Shown here piece by piece: positions 11,001 through 19,967 of a stretch of DNA of 54,785 nucleotides (its first letter is position 1; each line of letters opens with the position of its first letter). The stretch spans positions 1 to 54,785 of the IMG/VR virus record IMGVR_UViG_3300044638_001221. One strand, 5' to 3'. Below the pieces are notes generated by a model. The model was given only the letters and a program-made list of their open reading frames with translations, had not been told where the DNA came from and searched no databases. Made by a program: the position numbers and the translations under genes. The stretch comes from a virus (Duplodnaviria; Caudoviricetes).

Positions 11001-14000
11001 CACAGACGTTTGTCTTTACGCCTGACGGGAAGATGTTGATGCACCAAAAGACTTTGCAGGGCAAGGCTGTAGGAGATTTGTACAAAGGTGACAACGACAT
11101 CCCCGCAAACCGCGTCACCCCTGCTGGGCTGTTTAACTGGGAAAAACGTGTTGGTGGTAAGACCGCCAGTGATTATGACTTCAACACCGTATTCGGTATC
11201 AACGACGGCGAAGCATTTATCACCCTGATGCACTCGGTATGGACAAAAGAAACTGATGCAGCCCAACGACTGAAAGCGCTTAACAACGACTCAGCGTCTG
11301 ACTCCCGCTATTCGTTTGGCTGTATCAACTTTTCCAAAAGCGCGTTCAAAGAAATACTCGACAAGTACCAAGACCAGATAGATGGCGCAAAGATGTTTAT
11401 CGTGCCTGATAACCAAGCACGGGTAAAAGACTTCATTAACGGTGACATAGCCAAGAACATAGTGCGCGAAGATAAACTCTTGCGCCAGTCAGTTGAACCT
11501 GTAACTGAGAAAATTACCAAGACCACATCAGGCGCTAAAGCAGCAGCCAACGCCTTACAACGTGCGGTGTACGGCAAGCCAGAAGACTCTGTGCTGGATA
11601 AGCCAGCCGCAGAAGTCACCACTGCCAACAAGGCCAGCGCCTTGGAAGCTGCGCTCCAAGCAAAGGTAGCAGAGGGTGATGTGCGCGGTGCCTTGCAATC
11701 AATTATTAACGCAGATGCGGCTCTCTATAACGCTGTTGACCGCTTGATTGCCAAACGCCTGCTTCTGTCTGGCAGTCTGCCTAGCGTGGAGATTGTGGGC
11801 GAAGGCACGTTGGGTATGGACGGCGACAAAATTGTGGCGGGTCAGTACGATGCTGTAACCGACAAAGTACGGTTGGTCGATGGGTATATTGGTGCCCACA
11901 CACTTTTGCACGAGTTAGTCCACGGCTTCTTGCACCGCGCCGTCAGTGCCCACGAAGGTGGTCAGATTAACAACGCTGGTGTACGCAACTTGCGGGAACT
12001 CTACGACTACGTAGCGGAACAAAACCCTGCTTTGCTTAAAGAGTACGGCATGGTGAACCTCAGCGAGTTTGCGTCTGAGGCGATGTCTAACAAGGATTTC
12101 CAAGAAGCCCTGCAAAAAATTCCATACCGCAGACAAAGCGTGTTTACTTGGTTTGCTAATGCTGTACTGAAAGCATTGGGTGTCTCAAGCACCGACCAGC
12201 ACACCGCCCTTGCTGCCGCTTTGATTTCTGCTGAGAGCGTTATGTCTGAAGGCCGTGCCTTGCAGATGTCAGAATTTGGTAAGCCCGTTCAAGGTACGTT
12301 GCCCGGTGTGGCAAATGTCGCAGTTGGGTTTACACAGCAAGACTACGACGAAGCAAATCGTATTGCCAATAGCCTTGGGCCAGCGGCAGCACCTGCAATG
12401 GGTGGGTTGATTAACACCAGTTTGAAGGCTATGAACCGCGCTTCAGAACAGTCTGGGTTGTTTACCACCTTGCGTCAAGCGTTGGTTGACAAGTACGCGT
12501 CTGTTGAATCCAAAGTGTCCAACAAGTTTTCTCAGGGCGTACGGGATTTCTTTGGCAACTTAAACCCTATGGTTCTGGTACGCCAAGCAGAAGACCACGC
12601 CAAAATATTTATGAGTTTCTTGTCCGATGGCGGCATTAAATTCAGCAAAGATGGTTTAGTAGAAACCTTCAAGCAAAAAGGTTCGGCTGTAGAGGCGCTG
12701 TCTGAAATAAACCAATTTGGTAAAGACAGCGGGCTTGGGTTTGAAAAAGCCAAAGAGTATGTGTCCAGCGTGCTGGAAGGTCACCGCGCTTTTGATATCC
12801 AAGAGAACCACAACAAGCCGTTGGAATCGTCTGCCCTTTCGTTAGAACAGCAAGGTAAGAACAAAGAAGCTGATGCTGAACGCGCCAAGAAAATCAAGCT
12901 GCACCTGACTGCGGAAGACATTGCTACGCTAGAAGCAAAGTACCAAAAGACTCCTGCAATAAAGAAGATACAAGATACGTTCAATGAAACCCGTGGGCAT
13001 GCAATTGACTTGCTGGCTGCGTCAGGTCGCATCTCCAAAGAGACGGCTGATGATTGGAAAGCTAACTCTGCTTACGTGCCGTTTGACCGTGTGATGGAAG
13101 ACATTGGCGTTAACCTGTTGCCACGCGGCAAGGGGCTTGGTGTGATGACCAAGACACCAGAGATTAAAGGTTCGCTTGACCGCCGTGTTAAAGATGTTGT
13201 TGACTCTTACATGGGCACGCTTGGCTGGATGGTTGAAGAAGCCATGCGCCACAACGCCTCTACCAAGTTGTTAAACGAGATGCAGTTGGCAGGGTTTGCA
13301 GATAAGCACCCAGTAATTACTGCGGCTAAGAACCCCAACCTTGTGGTTCGCCTGTACGAGAATGGCAAGCCCACGTTCTACGAAGTCCAGAACGAATACG
13401 ACTTGCTGGCGTTCAAGCAAGCGCCAGAGGTAAACAACTTGTTGATTAACGGCCTAGCCGCTACATCTAGGATTTTGCGAGTCAGCGTGACTGCCATGCC
13501 ACCGTTTGCCGTGAAACAGGTTATTGAAGATGCGACTCGTGCCGCTATGTACTCTGGCGTACAGCGTCCACTAGTTGTGGCAATGAAGACCTTGTACAAC
13601 ATGCCACGCATTTTCTTCGGCGAAATAACTGGGCGCAAGTCCCCTGCCGCCAAGCGCATGGAAGAACTTGGGATTGTGGGCGACTACGATTTCAACATCT
13701 ACCAACCCACCAGCGAAATTGAAAAACAAATCGGCGCTAAGAAGCGTGGTATGGGCGGTACGCTTTTCCATACTCTTGAGAAGTTCACCAAGGCATCGGA
13801 CCTTGCAGGTCGTATGGCCGTGTACGAAGAGACGATGCGTGAGTCTGGTGGTGACGAAGTGCTGGCACAAACCCGCGCACGCGAGTTAATTAACTTCCAA
13901 CGCCGTGGCTCCAGTGAATCAATGCGGGTAGCGACTCGGGTAATTCCGTTCTTTAACGCTTACGCGCAAGGTATGGACGTGCTGTACCGCGCTGCATCGG

Positions 14001-14998
14001 GTATTGATTCATCATCCTCTATAGAACGTGGGGCTGCGCGGCGGTTGTTTATGGGTCGCGTTGCCATGATGACTGCAATGGGCTTTGCCTACGCGCTGGC
14101 TATGTCTGACGACGAGGGCTACAAGAACGCTACGGACGAGGTGCGTGACAACAATTGGCTGCTGCCCAACGGCTACAAGCTGCCAAACCCCAAAGAATTG
14201 GGCTTTATCTATAAAGTTATCCCAGAGCGTATTGTCGAGTACTACCGCCGTAGCGGCACGCCAGAAGAGCAAAGCGCATTGGATGCGTTGAGTGGTGTAG
14301 TTAAAGCCGCTTACTCTGCGTACTCATCGCCTACCACGGTGCCGTCGTATGTTCGCCCAATCTTGGAGAACATGACCAACTACTCGTTCTTCTTGCAACG
14401 CGAGTTGGAATCCGCCAGCCTGCAAGGTAAGGTACCGGGTCAACGCTATACATCTACCACTTCGGAATTGGCAAAGGGTATAGGCGAAGCAGCCAACATA
14501 TCGCCAATCAAGATAGACAATTTGTTCAAGGGTATGTTTGGTATGGCAGGGTCAACCACCTTGCTGGCAACAGACGCTATGCTTAACCCAACGCGCCCTG
14601 ACCGCCCCATCTACCAACTACCGTTTGGCAGTATCTTTACCTACGACACAATTGGTGGGCGTAACAAGACTGAGTTCTACGATTTGCGTGAACGCGTATC
14701 TCAAGCGGATGCTACGTTTAAAGATTTGTTGCAGCACGACCCCGCCAAGGCAGAGAAGTTCTTAGAGAAAAACGAATCGCTTATCGCTATGGCACCGCTA
14801 GTCAATAAGAGTTTGAAAGAGCTTAGTGAAATGCGCAAGGTCCGCACTGCGATTGAGCAAGGCACCGAAGAGCAGCTTGGCGTTGACAGCGCAGAGCGCC
14901 GCAGGCTGATTGACGAACTGCGGGGTTACGAAAACGACTCGGTCAGCTTCGTGCGCGAACTTGAGAAACAGATGCGTGACATGGAATTGATGGAATAA
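8072..14998 (+). CDS. Giant internal virion/polyvalent protein (LDT-like domain, zincin metallopeptidase, LPD38-like C-terminus)
   Basis: 2308 aa. Gly/Ala hydrophobic N-terminal region; TPAG..MHS..SFGCIN (~10960-11410); HELVH..EFASE zincin (~11909-12080); INFQRRG..IPFFNA..QG and C-terminal YDLR typical of large ejection proteins. Confidence 0.75.
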   Translation: MATFNTAAALKAGYTELQIAEFLGQQNKFNTAAALQAGYAPADIIKQLSGPPPTTIGGQTKEFFKGIPSGAVGLLETAATGASALLPDDMEKSARKTISETAAAAKKPFEAAKGYEDSIPRRLGEGVGSTAPFFLLGPAGVAGRVAGAGLGVAAGAGEARQEAEAKGATGDERMFATALGAPVGLLDLLAPQVKAGKSMILNAFKRGGMEGATEAAQKVAQNLIAKGLYDPTRSALEGSGEEGAYGAGTGAIISFLLDATLGKRAKSGSSAPGTPSGEAPQGDAEQQAKRVAREQEQMGVKQGREARAGEKLLNIDEREAAKAEALAQKDRLAAMDRLNAEARAVREADLKAAFPADYSDVMQRADNYVELSKELDAIGSSQTKEAKARRAQLQARMQGIVEEDTRVVREVSRIQQDQARLAKQAGFPAQKSAKAFEAAPPQMEMREAMLEPGQVLPPQLDLQGNIITPEAPVEEPVKRFPTFKNATDAARGMQRGEAALAKEATALRKEQEAAGQMTLAPRVEPKVTEQPVPEPVKVEKPVALTPDTVPTTVTPDVLGALGIGRTAIIRKPDHGIMGKDITDPAQAAEVKSILTAYRQGRSAPIQEKIDAYLARPEFQAAAPTENIAEGETNAGQTEPPPDRTGVQLPDQTVQGKPPRRTLKIKRDGVVSPEPDVGQPAVGEAEQPAPVEEAPAETPAETPAETPAETPAETPAETPAETPAAPKKPMGMFDQLVKPETAEKGKGEKAAPEPTVEEEAIGVAQVKFDPWDPNSYRGMWKDLEKENGRSPGEALQDLLDARHADQLGKRTIGAKTKSIKKSVDEQSPAEEAVRVEAVTAAVKTLTGADKMVLAKHYKQPKFNKAAETSFINDTIKAITDGIESVSKAIHKYVRKAMSGMLSVAMVINPQFMSLPEAALITSPATYVVEQAVTATVPADAAKFMSPAAQTAYATILPALKADLKSRNKLFLMHDKPSAQTFVFTPDGKMLMHQKTLQGKAVGDLYKGDNDIPANRVTPAGLFNWEKRVGGKTASDYDFNTVFGINDGEAFITLMHSVWTKETDAAQRLKALNNDSASDSRYSFGCINFSKSAFKEILDKYQDQIDGAKMFIVPDNQARVKDFINGDIAKNIVREDKLLRQSVEPVTEKITKTTSGAKAAANALQRAVYGKPEDSVLDKPAAEVTTANKASALEAALQAKVAEGDVRGALQSIINADAALYNAVDRLIAKRLLLSGSLPSVEIVGEGTLGMDGDKIVAGQYDAVTDKVRLVDGYIGAHTLLHELVHGFLHRAVSAHEGGQINNAGVRNLRELYDYVAEQNPALLKEYGMVNLSEFASEAMSNKDFQEALQKIPYRRQSVFTWFANAVLKALGVSSTDQHTALAAALISAESVMSEGRALQMSEFGKPVQGTLPGVANVAVGFTQQDYDEANRIANSLGPAAAPAMGGLINTSLKAMNRASEQSGLFTTLRQALVDKYASVESKVSNKFSQGVRDFFGNLNPMVLVRQAEDHAKIFMSFLSDGGIKFSKDGLVETFKQKGSAVEALSEINQFGKDSGLGFEKAKEYVSSVLEGHRAFDIQENHNKPLESSALSLEQQGKNKEADAERAKKIKLHLTAEDIATLEAKYQKTPAIKKIQDTFNETRGHAIDLLAASGRISKETADDWKANSAYVPFDRVMEDIGVNLLPRGKGLGVMTKTPEIKGSLDRRVKDVVDSYMGTLGWMVEEAMRHNASTKLLNEMQLAGFADKHPVITAAKNPNLVVRLYENGKPTFYEVQNEYDLLAFKQAPEVNNLLINGLAATSRILRVSVTAMPPFAVKQVIEDATRAAMYSGVQRPLVVAMKTLYNMPRIFFGEITGRKSPAAKRMEELGIVGDYDFNIYQPTSEIEKQIGAKKRGMGGTLFHTLEKFTKASDLAGRMAVYEETMRESGGDEVLAQTRARELINFQRRGSSESMRVATRVIPFFNAYAQGMDVLYRAASGIDSSSSIERGAARRLFMGRVAMMTAMGFAYALAMSDDEGYKNATDEVRDNNWLLPNGYKLPNPKELGFIYKVIPERIVEYYRRSGTPEEQSALDALSGVVKAAYSAYSSPTTVPSYVRPILENMTNYSFFLQRELESASLQGKVPGQRYTSTTSELAKGIGEAANISPIKIDNLFKGMFGMAGSTTLLATDAMLNPTRPDRPIYQLPFGSIFTYDTIGGRNKTEFYDLRERVSQADATFKDLLQHDPAKAEKFLEKNESLIAMAPLVNKSLKELSEMRKVRTAIEQGTEEQLGVDSAERRRLIDELRGYENDSVSFVRELEKQMRDMELME
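9969..10142 (+). CDS. Probable nested (overprinted) 57-aa gene inside the giant protein
   Basis: AAGGAG at 9957-9962, 6 nt before the ATG. Product MLDKLSRPQIELAFNYL...EWFLLSRMLDSLLSEKLNSPLQ is amphipathic-helical, while the host frame here is a low-complexity linker. Confidence 0.55.
   Translation: MLDKLSRPQIELAFNYLTKPFKESPPDELSKLNEMEWFLLSRMLDSLLSEKLNSPLQ
10151..10240 (+). repeat. Perfect 12-bp tandem repeat CCTGCCGAAACA x7.5 (PAET linker)
   Basis: Directly visible; in frame. Confidence 0.97.
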
Positions 14999-15025
14999 AA
15001 AAACCCCCGATGATTAGTCGGGGGC
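14997..15025 (-). terminator. Rho-independent terminator at the convergence of the two arms
   Basis: A-run followed by the CCCCCGA/TCGGGGG stem, giving hairpin plus U-tract on the - strand. Confidence 0.75.
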
Positions 15026-15075
15026 AATTCGATCAAGGAGAGACAGCGGCAACTGCTTACCGCGTGCCAATGTTA

Positions 15076-15294
15076 TCACGCAACTCTCCAAGCACGTACG
15101 CCCCACATGCCATTTTCTACCCGCGCTCGGCACTGCACCTTCATATCAAATGACTTTGCCACCATGATGATATGAGTAACTACAGCGCGGTTATCTAGGC
15201 AAGGCACAAAGAAGGACGAGCCCGTTATGAACTTGCCCCACTCTATGGTTACTTGTACGCCTTCAATCTCAAGCTGCTTTAAGTGAGTCGTCAT
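15076..15294 (-). CDS. Hypothetical protein
   Basis: W..F..GSSFFVPC...GVRAWR small protein overlapping the primase stop. Start uncertain. Confidence 0.6.
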   Translation of the reverse strand: MTTHLKQLEIEGVQVTIEWGKFITGSSFFVPCLDNRAVVTHIIMVAKSFDMKVQCRARVENGMWGVRAWRVA

Positions 15295-18115
15295 CGGCAG
15301 TCTTGGCAATGATTGCATCGACATCAAACACGCTGCTGACTGAGTCGTCTATCAGGATAGCGTTTACAGGTGGTGCTGCAACCATTAAACCTTTTGCCAT
15401 ACGTTTCTTCACAACCTCTACGCGTACGCCATCGTTCTTCAGCGCGTTTAATGTTTCGTGGTAACTAACTTGGTTCTTTGAACACCAGTCCTTAAACGCA
15501 CGTTGTACAAAGTACAGACACTTTGTATCCATATCGTAGCGAATCATCAACGCATTCATGGGGGTCATCAACGGCGCTCTAGGTAACCCGTTGTCTGCGG
15601 CCCTGTCGTGACCAACCAAGATGCTGCGGATGTTGGAGTTGATAAACGAACCGATTGCAGAGATGCCGTCTGTCGGGATGGCCTTGATGTCAGTGCTGCC
15701 CTTACGCAAGAACGCTATGAGCCACTTGAAGATGCGCTTGACATCAATGTCAATCAAACCCAAACGCTGGGCTATAAACCCACCTGTAATGGCAACAGCA
15801 CCAAGGCTAGACCAGAAGCGTTCGCGTTGACCCAAGCCAGCCGCTGCATCCAGTTTGAGTTGCACATCGTGCAGAACTTCCAACGCTTCAGCCCGATTCT
15901 CTACAAGATACTTCATGTAGACCTCGCCAGCCAAGCCAAAGTTCTTGTGCAACTTGGCAAACAGGGTGTCGGTAAATTCCTTGGAGAAGTTGACATCGCG
16001 CTCAATTTTCAACTCGATGATACGCATCAACTCGCCTTCTGGAAATTCCTTCAAGCTGTACAGCTTGTCGTACAGGCTGGCGTTGGACGATGTAATTGCA
16101 ATCAGCCGCCACATGGTGTTGTTGATACGCTCTGCGTTGACTTGTGACTCCATGCGGTTCTTGCCCCGCCCTTGGGTTGTAGCGTAAGCCAACTGCGAAA
16201 CGATGTCTTCACGCATGTTCGTGATTTCGTCAATCGTCACAGGCAGGTTGTTCATCACCCCAAAGCGAAAAATCTTGGAGTTGTATGTATCGTCGTTTTG
16301 CAGGAGCAGGTCAAACGGCTCGCCCCAAATACTGTTGATAGCCATCTGCACGGTTGACTTGCCCGTACCCGAACTACCACTCAGCAGGTTAACGATACCC
16401 CCACGCACCTGCGTGAACTTCAGCAACGGTGTGCCAAAGCCCAGTAGAAACGCAAAGGCTTGCGCTTCCATGCCGGGGTTGTCGTAGAAGTTAACGACTG
16501 ACTTCCACTCTTCCAAGTCACCCTTCTTACCCAGCAGGCCGCAGGTCTGCATGATGGCGGTTGATGGCGGGCTGTATTTAATCCCAGCAGGGGTGATTTC
16601 TCTATCCCCTAAGACGAAAGTGTTTTCGTCTGTCCAGCCAAATTGTGTTCTAACTTTTTCTGCTTGTTCCATATTCTGTAATTCCTTTACCCAACGTGAT
16701 ACATAAAACATGAGTTCGTTTACGCCTTTATCAAGGGCTACTACACCATGTTCCCCAATCGCATCGCGAAAGCGGTCCTTGGCAAGCGCCGATGTAAGAG
16801 GTATCGAAAACTCCCTCACTCCATCTCTTGGCAGATGCAACCGCATCCACAATACTTCCCCCAAAGCTGGGTCAAACATTCGCTTGACCACATAAAAATC
16901 GTTCTCGTAGACTAACTTGTCTTGCCCGTCTTCTTGGCCCGCATCGGCTTTGCGGTATATACCACCGTACTTACCACGGAAAAACGGAAAAGGGTACGCA
17001 GGTATTTGGTACACCCGCTTGTCGTTCGTGTCCGCGTTTATGTCTTCTACTAGGTTATCTTTTTCTGTAGCTGCTTCAATCTCTTTTCCCAACACAATGG
17101 GCGAACCAAACTTACCCTTGTGCTTGCATGACCCACAGGTGTTGGGGTACAAGGTATCGAACATACCGCAGGTGTATGGGCCCTTGGTCAGACCCGCCTT
17201 GTACTCTGTCTGCCCCCTGTCGTACGCAGGGTGCATGTTGGAGATGTCGTGGATGGCAGAGTCACGGTCAATGCAATGCTGCGCAACCGATAAGCCAGCC
17301 CGCCACAAAGGTTCGTCTATGTTGCCTTGGTCTTCCAGTATGCGGGTGAGTTGCGCACAGCCTTCGACTTTAAGGGCAATGATTTTCTGAAAGCGGAACG
17401 TATTGTTCTTGCCAATCAGGCTTTTGGTAGTTTCGTCCAGCCCCTCGGCCTTGAGGTGTTCTGGGACTTCAAAGGGTAAGCTGTCAGTAGTTTGGATGGC
17501 TGGCGCACCCAAGGCTTTTGCAAACTCTATCAAATCAATCTTGCCCTCGCCAGCGATGTACTCGACAGGCAGGGGGTTGCTTGGGTCTTTAAAGTGTGTG
17601 GTGTCTGGCACACGCAAGATGCGGGCAGCATCTGTGGTGCATGACGGGTCAGCGTGTAGCTGTCGTTCTAGGCAAACTTCTTTTAGGCGCTTCGCTACGG
17701 GAATCCAAATGTCTTTCTGTATTGCTTCGTCTAGCACCCAGTACGCATGCAGCCCGTTGCCGGAGTTAACGCATATGGGTTGTGTGAGATTAAGGTCAGT
17801 GCAGAACTGACCGAGTGCTGCTATCGCATCGACCCGCGTGGGGTAGGCTTTTGTTGGCCCGCAATCTAGGTCAAGCCAGAACGACTTGATGACTGATACG
17901 TTTGCCGCCAACCTACGTGGTGGGTTGATTGTTTGCTCGAACGAAGACATCGCGAAGTACGCGTCTGCGCCAGCACCGTGGATAGTTTCAATCTCAGTAA
18001 CGAGTGTGGGAATGTCATTTGTAAACCGTGTGCGAATCTTGCCTTGCATTATTCCAACTGCGCAGTACGTGCCTGTATCGGCAAGCACTGCGGTTAGAAA
18101 TTCTGTTTTTGTCAT
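15269..18115 (-). CDS. Primase-helicase (AEP primase plus DUF927-type helicase)
   Basis: AEP motifs WLDLD, SGNGLHAYW, DAARILRVP; Cys cluster; Walker A SGSSGTGKST; TIDE Walker B. Confidence 0.85.
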   Translation of the reverse strand: MTKTEFLTAVLADTGTYCAVGIMQGKIRTRFTNDIPTLVTEIETIHGAGADAYFAMSSFEQTINPPRRLAANVSVIKSFWLDLDCGPTKAYPTRVDAIAALGQFCTDLNLTQPICVNSGNGLHAYWVLDEAIQKDIWIPVAKRLKEVCLERQLHADPSCTTDAARILRVPDTTHFKDPSNPLPVEYIAGEGKIDLIEFAKALGAPAIQTTDSLPFEVPEHLKAEGLDETTKSLIGKNNTFRFQKIIALKVEGCAQLTRILEDQGNIDEPLWRAGLSVAQHCIDRDSAIHDISNMHPAYDRGQTEYKAGLTKGPYTCGMFDTLYPNTCGSCKHKGKFGSPIVLGKEIEAATEKDNLVEDINADTNDKRVYQIPAYPFPFFRGKYGGIYRKADAGQEDGQDKLVYENDFYVVKRMFDPALGEVLWMRLHLPRDGVREFSIPLTSALAKDRFRDAIGEHGVVALDKGVNELMFYVSRWVKELQNMEQAEKVRTQFGWTDENTFVLGDREITPAGIKYSPPSTAIMQTCGLLGKKGDLEEWKSVVNFYDNPGMEAQAFAFLLGFGTPLLKFTQVRGGIVNLLSGSSGTGKSTVQMAINSIWGEPFDLLLQNDDTYNSKIFRFGVMNNLPVTIDEITNMREDIVSQLAYATTQGRGKNRMESQVNAERINNTMWRLIAITSSNASLYDKLYSLKEFPEGELMRIIELKIERDVNFSKEFTDTLFAKLHKNFGLAGEVYMKYLVENRAEALEVLHDVQLKLDAAAGLGQRERFWSSLGAVAITGGFIAQRLGLIDIDVKRIFKWLIAFLRKGSTDIKAIPTDGISAIGSFINSNIRSILVGHDRAADNGLPRAPLMTPMNALMIRYDMDTKCLYFVQRAFKDWCSKNQVSYHETLNALKNDGVRVEVVKKRMAKGLMVAAPPVNAILIDDSVSSVFDVDAIIAKTADDDSLKAA

Positions 18116-18183
18116 GGCGTGGGTTTTCGCAGGGGGTGTTTATCTTGAGCCAATGAAGGCCCGACTTTTTAGAGACGGTTAGC

Positions 18184-18408
18184 TTAATACTTTTCAAGGT
18201 ATGCAAGTACCTTGTCTGCATACTTTTGTTTGGGATTGAAGTCTCCCGCAAACCAGTTGTACACCGCTACAGTAGTTACCCCTGCTACTTTTGCAACCTC
18301 TGATACTGGGATACCAAGTTTGATGCATTTGCGCCCGATACGTACACCTATCTTCTTTATGTCTGCTTGCTTGTTCTTATGAACAGTTGATAGTGAATAG
18401 CCAATCAT
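18184..18408 (-). CDS. XRE-like HTH DNA-binding protein
   Basis: VSEVAKVAGVTTVAVYNWF helix-turn-helix. Confidence 0.75.
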   Translation of the reverse strand: MIGYSLSTVHKNKQADIKKIGVRIGRKCIKLGIPVSEVAKVAGVTTVAVYNWFAGDFNPKQKYADKVLAYLEKY

Positions 18409-18424
18409 ATGATTCCTTGTGGTT

Positions 18425-18440
18425 GGGGGCCGAAGCCCCC
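18425..18440 (-). terminator. GC hairpin (UUCG loop on - strand) after the SSB gene
   Basis: GGGGC/GCCCC stem with a TTCG loop on the - strand. No clear U-tract, so it may be a stabilising hairpin instead. Confidence 0.4.
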
Positions 18441-18446
18441 ATAAAT

Positions 18447-19328
18447 TTACTCGGCAATATCGTCGTCAGCCCACGCATCAAGGACACTAGCTACGCTTTT
18501 CGTCTCAACTTTCTTGGTAGCAACTTTCGTTGGCTCTTTGGTCGGCTCTTCTACCGCAGTGGGTTTAGCAAAGGTGATAGGTAACGCTGGCGCGGAAGCA
18601 TCCGTACCATCCACTTGAGCAACAGTCATCACAACTGCATTCAACGCATCAGGTGTTTGGCCTTGGCTCTTAGCAGTCGCCATCTCTTCAACGCTCAATG
18701 GGCGTACAGCCTTGAACGTCAACTTCGGTGTGGCGCTTGCTGTATCGAAACGCATCTCTGTCACAACCGCAGTCACGGGGATACCGTGTCCACCCAAGAA
18801 CTTGGCGTACTGCTGTAGCGGCATCTTGCCGTTGTCGCCTGTGCCAAAGATTGACTGGGCTGGCAAGGTGAGTTGGTACACATCACCACCGACATTGTTC
18901 TCCAAGACCAACGCGATGCGGTGGCTGAAACGGCAAGCACGGCTGTCGCCTTGACCGGAACCCTTGATGTTCTGTTGGCAGTTCTGGCAGTTGGGGGACT
19001 GCGGATTCTTTGAAGACTTGTCAGGCGCAACGCCATCGTTAGACCAGCACACGGGTGCAGAGTTCTGACCTTCTGTGTAAGTGCCAGCGTAGTAGCTGCG
19101 TGAGGTCTTCTCAGCAGAGCGAACCACAACTACGTTCATGGCGCGGTCGTCGTTTTGTGCAACTTCTTTACCGCCAACAATCATGCGGAATACACCGCCA
19201 CGGATAGACACACGCTTGCCGCTACCGCCGCCACCCATCAGGGCTTTGGTTGTTGCATCGAGTTCCAAGTTTTGGAAGTGTGCTGGAAGGGCGTTACCGC
19301 CTTGAGAAAACAGAGTGAGTTCAGACAT
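18447..19328 (-). CDS. Single-stranded DNA-binding protein (phage type)
   Basis: RVSIRGGVFR, C.S.DG..P, C..C..N..GSG..ACR, acidic C-terminal tail WADDDIAE. AAGGAG SD supports the MSELT start. Confidence 0.6.
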   Translation of the reverse strand: MSELTLFSQGGNALPAHFQNLELDATTKALMGGGGSGKRVSIRGGVFRMIVGGKEVAQNDDRAMNVVVVRSAEKTSRSYYAGTYTEGQNSAPVCWSNDGVAPDKSSKNPQSPNCQNCQQNIKGSGQGDSRACRFSHRIALVLENNVGGDVYQLTLPAQSIFGTGDNGKMPLQQYAKFLGGHGIPVTAVVTEMRFDTASATPKLTFKAVRPLSVEEMATAKSQGQTPDALNAVVMTVAQVDGTDASAPALPITFAKPTAVEEPTKEPTKVATKKVETKSVASVLDAWADDDIAE

Positions 19329-19524
19329 TTGTGGGCTCCTTGAGAATGTCAATGTTCATGTTGAAGTGGCGAGAAAGTTCACTGGCAAAGAATCGGTAAC
19401 TCTTGCCAACGCGAACATACGGGATACGTTTGACTGGGTCTTTCTCCCGAATCAAAGCGTGGATGGTTGACGGGGCGACTTGCAAAAGCTTTGCCACCTG
19501 TGCCAACGTAAGTGCAGTTTCCAA
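19321..19524 (-). CDS. Excisionase/AlpA-like HTH protein
   Basis: LTLAQVAKLLQV..STI...RIPYVRVGKSYRF (HTH_17-like). Confidence 0.7.
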   Translation of the reverse strand: METALTLAQVAKLLQVAPSTIHALIREKDPVKRIPYVRVGKSYRFFASELSRHFNMNIDILKEPTNV

Positions 19525-19914
19525 TTAAGCTCTCCTTACAGTTACTGTATATTTATTGTCTACGTTAAGCCCCGGCGGTAAGAGATCAGGATTTTCACGT
19601 AGGAAGTTTTTCATGCTGAGTTGCGATATACGCCGCTCAACAAGGTCAAGCGCATCGTTGTCACGGATGAACTTATGCATAGACCCCCAGTCACCTGTCC
19701 AATAGCGGGTACTCATTGAACGAATGGCTGTGCCATGCGCGGTCTTGATGCTTTCAGCACCAGTCGTCTTGCAGATTTCAAGAAGGTTAGATTCAACCAT
19801 CTCCATCTGTTCTTTTATGTCGTTGTCTTGCGCTTCGTACGCAGCTTTGATTTCAGCACGCTTATCGCGCATTTTTATATAGACCCTTACAAGTCTATCG
19901 GCAGTTATGTCCAT
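19525..19914 (-). CDS. Conserved phage replication-module protein (coiled-coil)
   Basis: YIKMRD..SIKTAHGT..DW..LPPGL. AAAGGA SD before MDITAD. Confidence 0.65.
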   Translation of the reverse strand: MDITADRLVRVYIKMRDKRAEIKAAYEAQDNDIKEQMEMVESNLLEICKTTGAESIKTAHGTAIRSMSTRYWTGDWGSMHKFIRDNDALDLVERRISQLSMKNFLRENPDLLPPGLNVDNKYTVTVRRA

Positions 19915-19939
19915 GTCTTTCCTTTCGTTGTTTTGGTTA

Positions 19940-19967
19940 ATAATACACCACAACTTTACTTTGTCAA
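19940..19967 (-). promoter_or_regulatory. Sigma70-like promoter
   Basis: TTGACA-16-TATTAT on the - strand. Confidence 0.6.

Noticed and set aside
9172-11631. Long antisense ORFs within the giant gene (also within portal, TerL, MCP, primase)
   Set aside because: Shadow frames of codon-biased genes; no SD or motifs.
19321-19524. Excisionase as evidence of an integrated prophage
   Set aside because: No integrase, att site or host genes in the window; such HTH proteins are also regulators.
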